From Heterodontus francisci (lineage: Eukaryota): 64,000 bases of DNA. The notes beneath the pieces were generated by a model. The model had not been told where the DNA came from. It made no database searches and was given only the letters and a program-made list of their open reading frames with translations. The position numbers were made by a program, and so were the translations under genes. Positions 47,176 to 60,195 of the stretch are shown here, piece by piece; position 1 is the first letter of the stretch; each line of letters starts with the position of its first letter. The stretch is from NCBI RefSeq assembly GCF_036365525.1, contig NC_090394.1:58092914-58156913 (forward strand). Direction: 5' to 3'.

Positions 47176-48194
47176 AAATAGTTCCATAAGAATTTTTTAA
47201 TTGTAGAACAAGTTACAGTTCTGTTCCAGACGTTATTTGTTAACAAGAAATCCAACTGATTTTGGAAAGGGGAAAAATGTGATAGAGTACTGGTTTGGAT
47301 GCTAAGCTGTGGTCAGTTGTCATCCGCACATGTGTAGATAATTGGTTCCTCAACTTAGCATGTCCTTGTGTTTCAGTAAGATAATTACTGCAGTATTTTT
47401 ACAATGAGAAGTGCAATCCAGCTTAGTTCTAGCTGTACAACGTGAACTGTGGATACTAATTATTCTGGCAAAATTGGCTTCATTGTCCCAGGAGAAGGGA
47501 ACCATGGTTGCTATCCAATTGCCCCTGACTAAGATGGTCATATGTTGATATTCCTCCCTCCACACCTATGAATGGTTTACCAGCTTTCACTGTCTAGGGG
47601 CAGCACTGAAGAATGGTCATTAGAGTGAGGTGCTGGAGGGTGACTGGCACTTGAGGCACTTATAGCAGAATCTATAGACAGAATCTTCATGAGGAGGGGA
47701 CAAAAACAGGGAAAGTTTGGGATAAAGATTGTTTGTTGTTTCTGGAAATCCTGACTCATTCATGTTAAATCACATATTTCTTTTGTTTAAATTTATCAAC
47801 TTGTTCCTGAAATGCTCTGCCAGTAAAAGCAAATGCAAAAGAAACCAAGGCAGATTGTGCCAGCAAAACTTTGCTTTCCAAACCAGTCGTAACTCAAATA
47901 ATTTTTAATTCTGCTCCAGATTTACAGTAATCAAAGCTTTTGATTAGACAATGTTAAACATATCAGCCTAAGCAAGGCTGTTTTTCTTTAAGAGATCCAG
48001 CAAAGGTGGGGCTTTAAAGTTTGTAACACCAAGGTGATCATTGAATGTTTGATTCTTAAAAAATATTGCAAGTTAAACCTCTTTAATACAAGAAAAGGTG
48101 AACAATCTGCTATTTGAATGATTTGGAAACTAGTCATTTGCTTACACGGTGAATTTTCATTTGGATTTAAACGCTTAGGTGCAGAACTTTAGAT

Positions 48195-48405
48195 TCAACA
48201 ATATGCATTTATGTAGTGCCTTTAATATGGAACAATGTCGCAAGGTCCTCAGAGGTGTAGTCAAAAGTTAGTTGCCAAACTAAAGGAGGAGATATTAGGA
48301 GGGCTGAGCAAAAACTTGATCAAAGAGTTGGATTTTAAGCAGGGTTTTGAAGGAGGAGAGGGAGGTGGAGAGGTTTAAGGAGGGAATTCCAGAGCATAGA
48401 TTCAA
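48195..48405 (-). mobile_element. L2-like LINE 3' tail
   Basis: Homologous to 39566-39770; ends GGAGGGAATTCCAGAGC. Confidence 0.72.
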
Positions 48406-49154
48406 GGAAGGTTACCACATGTAACTCACTGTGCCTTTTCAAAAACCAGCATAAGAGCTATAGTAAGAAATGGAGAGCAAGTTGTTGTTCTTCGCTGCAG
48501 GCTGAACAGTTTCTTTAATAAAGAAGCCTGAAAATGACCTACTTGTATATTTGGAAGTTATGTGCCGACTCTGTGTAGAAGTTCTATTTGGAGTTTTACC
48601 AGACTGGACAATTATTTTTTCTGATCATTTTCTGGTTTTCTTTTGAAAGTAGATATTCTACAGAGCATTCAACCATGTGTGTAAGAATCCTGTGCTTTGA
48701 ACATTAATTTGTTACTTTAATCACAGCTTATTTTATTAGATCAGTAAACTTGGAGAAGGATTTCTCGGTAGCAAACTCTCTGTTTAGTTAAACAAGCATG
48801 GCATCATGTTATGTTCATTTATTTGTCCATAAACACTGTCTTGTGACCATGGTACAATGAGACTTGACTTAATTTTTGACCAAACTTATGAATGGCTTTG
48901 ACTCATCAGATGCATGAAATCAGCAAAAAAGATTAACGTGGTAGGAACTTACCGTTTACATCTATGGGATTTGTAACTTGTGTTAAGTTCTAAACCTGTA
49001 CAAGTATTTAGTATTAATTCACAATTCATATTTCAAGATAGCACAAGTTTGTTTGCATTGAAGCATGTTTGTGCTAGTGGTATTCTATTTTATTATGAGC
49101 CAATGACTTTACAGTGAATGTATGAGCCAAGATGTGTTTTTTTTCCTCAAGGAC

Positions 49155-49420
49155 AAACAGATTTGTATCTTACCTTTCACAACCTCAAAACATTCCACAG
49201 TGCTTCACTGCCAATTAAGTACTTTTTTTGAAGTGTAGTCACTGTATAGGGAAATGTGATGGCTAATTTGTACACAGTAAGGTCCCACAAACAGCAGTGA
49301 GGTAAATGAGGAGCTGATCTGTTTTAGTGATGTTGATTGAAGGATAAATGTTGGTCAGGTCATTGGAAGAACTCTCAGGACATCGAAGAACTTCCTCCTT
49401 GTTCTTTGAAGAGTACCATA
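49155..49420 (-). mobile_element. SacSINE1-like Deu-SINE, 3' half
   Basis: TTTGAAGTGTAGTCACTG...AAGGTCCCACAAACAGC...GTTGATTGAAGGATAAATGTTGG matches 14270-14440. Confidence 0.75.
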
Positions 49421-50590
49421 AAAATTGTCTGGTGTGGTTAGAATGGTTTGGTTCCTACTTTAAGTTTATTAAATATTTTAAAAACAATTTTTTTTTTAAA
49501 AGCACATATAACCTAGTTGCTAAAGCTCACAGCAGGAACTGGAGCCAGGACCGAGAAGAGCCAAAAGGCTGAAATTGAATTGGCATCAGGTGGGTAAACA
49601 AGTGCCGTGTATCTGGCAAATGTACTAGGAACATTCAATGGTGGGTAAGTACAAATTATAGCTGCATTGAAATGTGATGGCCAGGCAAGATGAAGATAAC
49701 GTGATGAAATTAACATGATGACCCAAGTGTTATACTTACAAGAAGTGTGTGCTATATGCACGAGTTTTAATATGTTAGAAATAGATATAGAAGATGGCCT
49801 TGTACGAAAGGAAACAAAACAAGTCTCCAACCAATCACAGAGACATCAAAGTTTATAAAAACTTTTAAAAATAAACTTGTTAGAATATTTTGTGATGGGT
49901 TCAAACCTGTCAACAGCAATACAATCTTTTCCCAAATGAAGCAGATTATTAATTGGAAGGTTAAGGTAAGGCAGTCTGGTATCACTATAATTCTATGTAT
50001 CATTCTAGTGACTATGTGATACTTCTGGCAGTCATATTGATATATCCTGCTACTTGTGATCATTTAAAAGCAGTGCAAAAAGGCTGTACCCAGATGTCTA
50101 GCGTAAATACACTTTAAAAAATGAAATATTTTAATTCTTACAATAACACATCCTTGTTCCCCCCACTGCCCCCACAGTTTTCCTGGTGTCCCAAAGCAAT
50201 AAAGTATTTAGAACAATAGTTTGGAGTTTTTTAGGGTCCAGTATCTTGATATGTAGCTTGTGTTTTATGTCTCAATTGAATGAGTAATAAGCACAAGCTT
50301 TGTTATCAACACCAGGAAACCATCCCAGACAGCTTTCATCTTTTCATTTTAAGAGGTATGTTTAGGTCAGTAGGTCAACATGTCAGAGGCTCAGTTCCTG
50401 TAGTGTGGAATTTTCAGGGCCTTTCTGTAATTGTGCTATGTGAGTCTGAGCAAAATTAGTTATCTTTGGTTACAGTTCATTAATCTTTCCCTTTAACTGA
50501 AATACTTTCACTGCCAAGATTGAAGGCGTTGGCTTTTGAAAACAATTCAGTCTTTAGTTTTCATGGTTATTTCATTTTCAGAAATCTCTG

Positions 50591-50753
50591 TGGGGATAGT
50601 TTTAACTGTTGGTGATAGTGTAAGTCTATCAGAATGGCCACCAGTTATACATCTCTCCTGATTTTGCGAACTAAAAGTCGAGAAAGGTGTGCAATGGGAG
50701 GCCGATCTGATATTGGCTGTTTTGTACTATGCCCAAAATTAAAATTTCCCCCA
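50591..50753. repeat. Degenerate whole-element palindrome (hairpin MITE-like)
   Basis: TGGGGATAGTTTTAAC pairs with ATTAAAATTTCCCCCA; inner arm ATACATCTCTCCTGATTTT pairs with AAAAGTCGAGAAAGGTGTG. Confidence 0.6.
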
Positions 50754-51134
50754 GTAACTGGGTTGCCAATTCAATAGGTTTTTTCCACTTAATTTCACAG
50801 GTCATTGATACTTGGTCCGTTGCATTTCATTGCAAGCAGATCAAGATTAAATAAATCTAGTGCTCATTTTCTGAAAATAAGTCATAAGATCATCTATTGC
50901 AGTCAACCAAAGCATTTTATATTGGTGTCTGACTTGGAAAAAATGGGAGATTTACAAGAAGACAAAATGTGGAGCAAGAAAAGTTTATATAGCTCATGAA
51001 GCCCAGTGCTCCCATGAATGATCTAGCCTATCATAGATTTTATTGAACCCATTCAATTTCTTAAGGCAAACAATCTTTGTGTATTTTTATTTTGACCTTT
51101 AATGCTAAGTGCTTGATTCTATAGGCTACATATA

Positions 51135-51480
51135 CAGACTTGAGCACATAATCTAGGCTGACACCTGGGTACAGTACAGAGGGATTGGTGCATTGTCGAA
51201 GGTGCCATCATTCTGATGAGATGCTCAAGTGAATGTGAAAGATTCAGTGGCATATGACTATAAAAGTGTGGCCGATCTTCCTCCTTAACCAACATGACCA
51301 AAAATGTATTACCTGGTCATTCATTGACTTGCCATTTGCGAGACCTTGCTGTGTGCAAAATGATAGCTGTATTTGGCTACAAAACACCTGTGGCTGCATT
51401 TCAAAAGTAATTCATTAACTGGAAAATGCTTTGGGACATCCTGAAGATGTGATGAAACATTAGATAAATTCATGTTCTAG
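51135..51480 (+). mobile_element. SacSINE1-like Deu-SINE lacking most of its head
   Basis: AGACTTGAGCACATAATCTAGGCTGACAC...GGTGCCATCATTCTGATGAGATG...GCTTTGGGACATCCTGA. Confidence 0.8.
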
Positions 51481-52194
51481 TTTTTATCATTATCCTGTAC
51501 CATTCTTACAGAATTCTACATATATTTGCAGGCATTGGTTTGCCATGCTCTCCAACATACATCAGGATTCTAGCAGTGGAACTATATTGACCGGATCGTT
51601 CTTTGCCTTGCTTTTAATCTATTGCTAACAGAAATTTGAATACTGGCAGAAAATATATTTTTGTATTGTTTCACTATATTTAGATGTCCCAAGACTGTTC
51701 ACATGCTGCAGTGAAGTGTCTGGGGATTACTGGGGTTGATAGAAATAGCAATGGCAGGATTTCCCTAATGGCATAATGGTTAAGCTCACCAAAGAAAAGA
51801 GACTATTTGATTTCAGAAGGAAACACTGGGTCCCAAATTGGAGGTCCTCAGCTTTAACATCCTAGATGAGTATAAACTTTTGGATGGTGGTAATATCTAT
51901 AAAACCCACAAGGTATCCCTTATTTTGAGGTATGGTCTCATTGGATTCTCTGAACTTTCTCCATAATGTTACAAAATTACTACCAGTATTTGAAATAACT
52001 GGGGTCCAACCAGGACCACTTCAGGATTTGCGCTACAGATATGGGGATTGCATATGCCCTAATGACGTTTTTTTTATTTGGGCTGCATTGTGCTTGGGGT
52101 GGCCTGTTAAATGCATATCTAGCAATAATCTGTTTTAGAAAGGCAACATGGAGATTCAGAAAGTGCTGGGACAGCCTACATGTAAAGCCAAGTA

Positions 52195-53502
52195 GTAAGA
52201 TCATTAGATCATAAGAAATAGAAGCAGGAGTAGGCCATTCGGCTCTTAGATCCTGCTTCACCACTCAGTAAGATCATGGCTGATCTGATTGTGGCCTTAA
52301 CTCCACTTTCCTGCCTGTCCCCCATAACCCTTGACTCCCTTGTAGTTCAAAAATCTGTCTAACTCAGCCTTGAATATATTCAATGATCCAGTCTCCACTG
52401 CTCTCTGGGGAAGAGAATTCCAAAGATTAACAACCCTCTCAGAGAAGAAATTCCTCCTCCTCGCCATCTTAAATGGAAGAACCCTTATTTGAAGCTGTGC
52501 CCCCTTGTTCTAGATTCCCTCACGAGGAGAAACATCCTCTCAGTATATACCCTGTATAGCCCCCTCAGAATGATATATGTTTCAATAAGATCGCCTCTCG
52601 TTCTTCTAAACTCTAATTAATATAGGCCCAACCTCCTTAATCTTTCCTCATTAGACAAACCCTTCATCTCAGGAAGCAGCTTTGAGAACTGCTTCCAATG
52701 CAAGTATATCCATCCTTTGGTAAGGAGACCAAAACTGTACACAGGGCATTGGTGAGATTGCACCTACAGTTGTAGCAAGACTTCCATACCTTTATACTCC
52801 ATCCCCTCTTGCAATAAAGGTCAACTTTCCATTTCCCTTCCCCTTCCTAATTACTTGCTGTACTCGCATGTTGACTTTTTATGATTGACGTAAAAGGACA
52901 TCCTGATCCCTCTGCTGTCTTTCTCCATTTAAATATGCTGCTTTTCTATTCTTCCCACATTATACTGCATCTGTCAAATGTTTGCCGACGCACTTAACCT
53001 ATCTATATCCCTTTGCAGAGTCTTTGTGTCCTCCTCACAACTTTCTTTCCTACCTATTTTTGTATTGTCTGCAAATTTGGCTACAATACACTCAGTCTTC
53101 ATTCAAGTCATTAATATAAATTGTAAATAGTTGAGGCCACAGCACTGAGCCCTGTGGCACTCCACTAGTTACAGTTTGCCAACCTGAAAATGCTCCATTA
53201 ATCCTGATTCTCTCTTTCCCGTTAGTTGGCTAATCCTCTATCCATACTAATATAGCACCCCTAACAACTTGCGCTTTTATCTTGTGTATTGACCTTTTAT
53301 GCGGCACCTTATCAAATGCCTTTTGGAAAACCAAACACACACTGTTTACTGGTTCCGCTTTATCCACCCTGCTTGTTACATCCTCAAAGAACGCTAATAA
53401 ATTTGTCAAACATGATTTCCTTTTCATAAAACCATGTTGACTCTTCCTGATTGTATTATGGTTTTCTAAATGTTCTGCTACTACTTGTTTAAGAATAGGT
53501 TC
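52195..53502 (-). mobile_element. CR1 LINE fragment (resumes at 55842-55930)
   Basis: ORF 53230-53508 has SQHGFMKRKSCLTNLLAFFEDVT...FQKAFDKVPH; 3' UTR at 52200-52300. Confidence 0.92.
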
Positions 53503-55840
53503 TACCAAGGAAGAAGGTGCTACCCGGCCACAGTGAAAGAGGAGGTAACTAATATACTAGAAGGATTTAAAATTTATAAGGAGGAGGTATTAGATAGGCT
53601 GTCTATACTTAAAGTTGATGAAGCACCAGAGCCAGATGAGATGCATCCAAGGATACTGAGGGAAATGAGGGTGGAAATTGCAGAGACATTGAACATAATT
53701 TTCCAGTCTTAGACTAGGGTGGTGCTGGAGAATTACAAATGTTACACCCTTGTTCAATAAAGGATGTAAAGATAAACACAGTAACTGCAGGCCAGTTAGT
53801 TTAACTTTGGTGGTGGGGCAACTTCTAGAGCAGGGTTGTCCAACCTTTTTGCGTTACAATTTTTGCCTTACATAGGGGGCTGCTGAGACAATTTCGGAAA
53901 GATAAAGGCATTGAAAATTTATCTTACTATTAATCAAAACAAGAAATGTACTTTTTTGTGAAGAAGCTTAAATGAGAACACTAATTTATTGACTTACCTT
54001 GTCTTCACTACGTTGGACACTGTTTTAGTGAGATATCTGGCACTGTTTTTGTGTGCACAAGTAGTCATTGTTTGCCTGCACACTTGTAGCGATGTGGAGT
54101 AGTCTGGATAAATAGCCATCTGTCAGGGGTGATCTCTCTCCCTCTCTCCCTCCTTCGCCCCACTCCCCCCCCCACCCCCTCTGTCCCCCGATATTACCTG
54201 TGTGTCTCCTGATCTTTTAAAAAATCTGACCAACCATCTGACCCCCTATCTCTCTCTGTGTCTCCTCCCCCCCCCCCCAACCCCTTTCTCTCTCTCTCTG
54301 ACAGTTGCAGGGAGCAGGAATGCTCAGCAGATGATTGGTCAGTTTTTTTAAAAAAAAGATCAGGAGTCAGTTTCACAGCTGACATCAGGAACAGCGGTTT
54401 CCCAAATTCGGACAGATTTCCGGTTTCCTGGTAGGCTTTTAAAAAAAAAAATCAGAACCTGCCAGAAATCCCCAAATCTGTCTGAAGTTGGGAAAGCACT
54501 GTTCCTGATGTCAGCATCTGTCAGCTGTGAAACTGACAGCGAATTTTTTTTTAAAGCTGGTCTGCAAGAAGACGCGAGTGGAAAATTTCCCATCTCCAGT
54601 CTCCGACCCCTAGTAAGGATGAGGAATGGCCCAGAGTACAGTTTACATCCGTGGGCCAGATGGAAACCTTCGGTGGGTCAGATCCTGGCCCGCGGGCCAT
54701 ATGTTGGACAACCCTGTTCTAGAAACAACAATTTGGGACCAAATTAATAGACACATGGACAAATGCAGGTTAATTAAGGAAAGCCAGCAATGATTCGTTA
54801 AGGGAAAATCATGTCTAACTAACTTGCTGGAGTTTTTTGAAGAAGTAACCGAGAGGTTTGATGAAGTCAATGCTGCTGATGTGGTGTACATGGACTTCCA
54901 GAAGGCATTTGATACGGTGCCACACAACAGACTTGTGAGCAAAGGTATAGCTCATGGATTAAAAGGGACAAGAGCAACATGGATACAAAATTGGCTGAGT
55001 GACAGAAAACACAGTCGTAGTTAATGGTGGTTCTTCAAGTTGGAGGAAGGTTTGGAATGGAGTTCCCCAGGGGTCAATGTTGGGATCCTTGCTGTTCCTG
55101 ATATATATTAATGACCTAGACCTTGGTGTACAGGGCACAATTTCAAATTTTACGGATGATACGAAACTTGGAAGCATTGTGAACTGTGAGGAAAATAGTG
55201 TAGAACTTCAAAAGGACATAGACAAGTTCGTGGAATGGGCGGACAAGTAGCAGATGAAGTTCAATGCAGAGAAATGTGAAGTGATTCATTTTGGCAGGAA
55301 GAACATGGAGAGACAATATAACATAAAGGGTACAACTCTGAAAGAGAAGAAGGACTTGGGGGTATATGTGCATAAGTTATTGAAGGTGGCAGGATAGATT
55401 GAGAGAGCGGTTAATAAAGCTTACAGTGTCCTAGGCTTTATTAATAGGGGGATTAGCGTACAAGAGCAAGGAGGTTATGTTGAACTTGTTCAGCTGGAGT
55501 ATTGCGTCCAGTTCTGGATGCCACACTTTAGGAAAGATGTGAAGGCATTGGAGAGAGTACAGAAAAGATTCATGAGAATGGTTCCAGGGATGAGGTACTT
55601 CAGTTATGATAGATTGGGAAAGTTCATGCTGTGAGTGGTTAGGATCTGCAATGCACTGCCTGAGAGTGTGTTGGAGGCTGGTTCAATTGAGGTTTTCAAA
55701 AGGGAATTAGACTGTTATCTGAAAAAGAAGAATGTGCAGGGTTACGGAGAGAAGCTGGGGGAATGGCATTGGGTGAATTGCTCATTTGGAGAGCCGGTGC
55801 AGACACGTGGGCCGAACGGTACCAGTTCTGTGATTCTGTG
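53503..55840 (+). mobile_element. CR1 LINE fragment inserted antisense into the preceding CR1
   Basis: ORFs DVVYMDFQKAFDTVPH and [21 protein letters not shown]...FTDDTKLG; (TTCTGTGA)n tail at 55827-55841. Confidence 0.93.
53831..54716 (-). mobile_element. hAT-Charlie/Buster-type non-autonomous transposon, 886 bp
   Basis: Perfect 14-bp TIR CAGGGTTGTCCAAC / GTTGGACAACCCTG; TSD TTCTAGAG / TTCTAGAA (NTCTAGAN target); transposase C-terminal remnant at 54025-54126. Confidence 0.92.
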
Positions 55841-56394
55841 ATTTTCCCAAATGACGGATGTTACACTAACTGGCCTATAGTTCCTCCTTCTTTAGTAGAA
55901 GTATTACATTTGTGGTTTTCCAATCTGTGATGAAGACGACTTTTGTAATTGGATGAGTATGATAACAGAGTGGATTAACCGCTCTGCATGAGCATCTTTA
56001 TAAAGCTCAGTATTATATTTATGTGGTTGCCAGTATTATTTGTACTTATAGGTATAACAGAAGTTGTTAACTAGGCTCGCTCACTTGTATGAAAAAACTG
56101 AACTATTCAAAGCAGTTTACCAAAGTCTTAAAAGCACACTTCAGATCATCACCTCATTTGATAAGTTGGTTCTAACCACAGGAAAATGACATCATTTCCT
56201 TTTTGGTGGTGAGCATTCTAATGTTGAAACAGCTGCACTGACTCATGCACATCAGTATGGACCAGTTCATCCTTTGTCTCATCAATTTTATGTTTATGGT
56301 TTAGTCAAATAATTTTTTGTAAATACTGTCTAGCTGTTGGAAGTTTTATTAGATGTTAGCATTCTATAATTGTCAAACAGAGAAAAAATTGTTT

Positions 56395-56535
56395 TTAAAT
56401 ATTGCCTGTCACATCCTTGTGACACCCCAAAATGCTTTAGTCTAAATAATTACTTTTTACATGCACTCACTGCTTTGTAGATAGCCACAGCAGTCAATTT
56501 GTACATAGCAAGGTCCCACAAATAGCAAATGAATG
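56395..56535 (-). mobile_element. SacSINE1-like tail fragment
   Basis: CAGCAGTCAATTTGTACATAGCAAGGTCCCACAAATAGC matches 49260-49296. Confidence 0.55.
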
Positions 56536-57346
56536 AATGAATTTTAAAAGTTTTTTCCCTACTTGTACATTTATTCCTTAACAAAATACAGATTAAATAT
56601 CTTGACTTTATTATAAAAGCTTGCCTAAACAGAAAAATTTAATTTTGAAGTAAAACACACACAACTCTGCCTATCTTTGGTCCTTTTAGTAAATCTGCCA
56701 TAGTGTTAGGAAAATAGCTTATTGCTTTCAGTGTTACCTCTAGTGTGATGGTTTCACTATAGCTTTATGTTGTCCTTGCAACCCATCAAAAATACTGTAT
56801 ATGCAAAAATGTTGCTATCTGATTTTGAGGCCTTAAGGACACTTATGAAAATTGGGTTATGGGCAGGATTGTAATGATTTCAAAGTTCAAACAGAAACCG
56901 AGTGCCTTCCTTCTAGTTAGAGCAATTATGTGATACAGTTGCAAGCTTCATGTGACTGCAAGGGAGAATAATAAAAATATTTGTTTTGTTTGTCAACATA
57001 ATGAAGCATTTTGTGGAGGATGTGTTTTAAAGATCAAACAATATGTTGCAAATTGTGCTTCTATAACAAGGTGGTTGTGCTTAAGCCAGAAAATGATCAG
57101 GTTGCATTTTTGTCCTGTGATGTCTTTAGTTTCAAACACCAAGATATATTCAGCTTAAGGGTAATTACAAACTGTGACTGATTTTTTTTTCTACAACAGT
57201 AAATTGTTGAAATATTAATCAGCCAAATGTTTAACATGCAGTGGGAAGTGAATTACTTTCATACTCAATACATTCATTCCCACTCACTTTCCTAGAGCAC
57301 CTTGCCTCTGTTTCCTTCCTAAATTCTACAGGTTTTTAAAATACAA

Positions 57347-58165
57347 CAGAATCACAGAATTGTTTCAGTGCAGAAGGAGGCCATTCGACCCATCATGTCT
57401 GCACCAGCTCTCTGAAAGAGCAACTCCCTCAGTTCCATTCCCCTGCCTTCTGCACCACCTTCCTTTTCATATAACTGTCTAATTCCCTTTTGAATACTTC
57501 AATTGAACCTGCCTCCACCACACTCAGGCAGCACATTCCAGACCTTAACCACTCGCTGCGTGAAAAAGTTTTTCCTCATATCACTTTTGTTTCTCTGACC
57601 AAATACTTTAAATTTGTGCCCTCTCGTTCTCGATCCTTTCACGAGTGGGAACATTTTCTCTCTATCTACTCTGCCCAGAGCCCTCAGGATTTTGAATACC
57701 TCTCAGCCTTCTCTTCAAGGAAAACGGTCCTAACTTCTCCAATCTATCTTCATAACGGAAATTCCTCATCCCTGGAACCATTCTCGTGAATCTTTTCTGT
57801 ACTCTCTCCAATGTCTTCACGTCTGTCTTCAAGTGCGGCACCCAGAATTGGGCGCAATACTCCAGCTGAGACTGAACTAGTGTCTTACACAAGCTCAACA
57901 TAACTTCTTTGCTCTTGTACTCTATGCCCCAATTAATAAAGCCCAGGATACTGTATGCTTTATTAACTGCTCTCTCAACTTGTCCTGCCACCTTCAATGA
58001 CTTATGCAAGTATACACCTAGGTCCCTCTGCTCCTGCATCCTCTTTAGAATTGTACCCTTTATATTGTCTCTCCATGTTATTCCTACCAAAATGAATCAC
58101 TTCACATTTCTCTGCATTAAACTTCATCTGCCATCTGTCTGCCCATTCCACCAACTTGGCCATGT
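57347..58165 (-). mobile_element. CR1 LINE 3' fragment
   Basis: ORF 57662-58090 has QRDLGVYLHKSLKVAGQV...LEYCAQFW...LERVQKRFTRMVPG. Confidence 0.93.
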
Positions 58166-58235
58166 ACCTTGGTTAATGCTTTTTATCTCGTCTTTTCTCC
58201 TACTCTTGTCACCCTCGGTGGTGGTCTGATCTTTG

Positions 58236-58950
58236 GGGCTGGATTTTCAAACATCCGCGGGACGAGGTCAGGTGCAGGCAGACTTTGAAGCTATGGCTCC
58301 CGGATGTCATGTCAGTCTTCCGACACCTGCGGAACACGCTGCAATTTTCAAAGCGAGGGTGGAGGTGGTCGGGGGAAGTGTGGAGCTGGCAACCCGCTCA
58401 TCTCCAATTAGCTGCCTGTTAAACTTGTTGAAGAGCTGGAGAGGGCCAGAAGGAAATTTTCAAAGTGGTGAACGGGAAAAGCAAAGTTCTGGGGCATGTT
58501 AGTGTACTCTTATCGGGAACATCTGCAGGGAGCCATAATATGATCTTGCTGCTGAATTAAAGCGTTGAAGAGAAAGGGTTATTCAAACTGAGATCTTCAA
58601 GCTGTAGCATAAAAGTTGCCATCACTTGAGCAGAGAAAGTCAAGTACTTTGAGATCAACTGTTTGGCCACTTGTATGCACTCTGAGGCTACTAGCCTTCT
58701 GCTCTCCTGCCTGCTCAAACCTGCAAAGCAACGGTAAGTATGGTTGCCGTCTGCCTTTGAGCATTGCACTCCAGAGCCAGTTCCCACCTCCAGGCAGCAC
58801 CCAACATCACTAGTTGGGTGCCAAGCTCGTCTCTGGCCCAATTAGGGGCTTTGCATATTAAAATAGCATTGCATCAGTGACGCGGCACGGGTTTGGGACT
58901 CGGGAATGATCCGGTGTTGGGTTCCTGACCCTGGATTGAAAATCCAGCCG
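58236..58950. mobile_element. Harbinger-like MITE (family C; ends shared with family A)
   Basis: 15-bp TIR GGGCTGGATTTTCAA / TTGAAAATCCAGCCG (14/15); 3-bp TSD TTG. Confidence 0.85.
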
Positions 58951-59084
58951 TTGGGCCTCAGTCTTCACCTAGATTCCTCAAAAATCTTCTATAACGAAGA
59001 TGCCCAAGCATCGCAAACTTTGACCATCGATTTAAATACATTCTGTAGTTTTTGTGTTGAGCTGTACAGACTTGGAAGCTCCCA

Positions 59085-59390
59085 CGTTTGGTTCTGAATT
59101 AACTGATTTCAGTTGGGTCAGGAATGGAGTACTATAATTAGCCTATAGCTGGGGGTTCCGGTTCTTGATGGGTATCCAGCGATCCCTGTTGAAAGTTATG
59201 AATACGGGATCAGGACAGGCTTAGTACTTTATGATCCATCACCTTGGTCAAATAGATTGTCAACACTTGCTATCTAAGTTCATGTGAAGAAGCTCATTAG
59301 AATGCTATGTCAGAGGGCTGTTATCATCAATGGAACTGTATACTGACATAAGTCTCCTCAGCCTGCAGAGGAGGGAAAGAACTGGAGTTG
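59085..59390 (+). repeat. Old unassigned SINE-like repeat
   Basis: Diverged similarity to 6090-6360 (inverse) and 42270-42460. Confidence 0.5.
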
Positions 59391-59789
59391 GGAAGGTCTT
59401 TAAATTCACAAAGAAATGACTCCTGTATATACCAACTTGCAAGTAATTGTTTCCCTGACATGGAGGCTATGTTGTACAATTATGTGATTTAAATGTAGCT
59501 TCAGTTGGTGTACTTCAAGTTAGTTGTAGCCCATGAGCCCTTTCAGACCAGGAGTGTTAATCAGATTCCTAACTTTACTGAGTCATATTTTAGGATTACA
59601 TTCATTTCCTCGTACTCTTAATTCTTAATGGTTAAATTGGACCCATAATGCAGTTCAGCTTCAGTGATGCTCACAGCATTTTTTGTTTTAAAAGGAGAAA
59701 TATGTGGCTAATATTCTGCACTTATAACGTTGTTTTCTCTTTCTCTTTTTTTCATCCTCCTGTGCTGTACACCATCTCTAACGGTGGAT

Positions 59790-60195
59790 GGGCAATGACT
59801 TTGGCTGAATTTACATCCCTTGATCTCCTCTGGTCTTATGCCTCCACATCCACCCTCTGCTTCTCGAACATGATGCTGTTTCTTGGCCTCATTCCTTCCA
59901 TTCCACTACGATATCTGTTGGTTGAATCACTACAATCTTGTTCCCCTGGAACTCCCTGACTAGTTTGTCCCTCCCCACACACCCCCTCCTGCTTACACCT
60001 TGATACCTCCCTCTCTGCTAAGACAAATCTTCACAATATTTCTTTTCGACAATGCCTTCAGCTTCTCCACCGTAACCTCTCCAACTTCCTTCCTTCCTGC
60101 TCAGTGTAATTTCCCCATTCCCCCCCCCCCCCCCCCCTTTAGTTGCAAAACGTGTCAGACACTTCAGCAAGTGAGGAGTGCTATAGACATGCGGG
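59790..60195 (+). mobile_element. Old L2-like 3' fragment
   Basis: CCCTGGAACTCCCT...AAGACAAATCTT...TTCGACAATGCCTT and a terminal GTGCTATAGACATGC, as in L2 tails. Confidence 0.5.

Noticed and set aside
49533-49589. 57-bp frame-preserving exon candidate (QELEPGPRRAKRLKLNWHQ, NLS-like)
   Set aside because: The acceptor lacks a pyrimidine tract and the peptide is not recognised.
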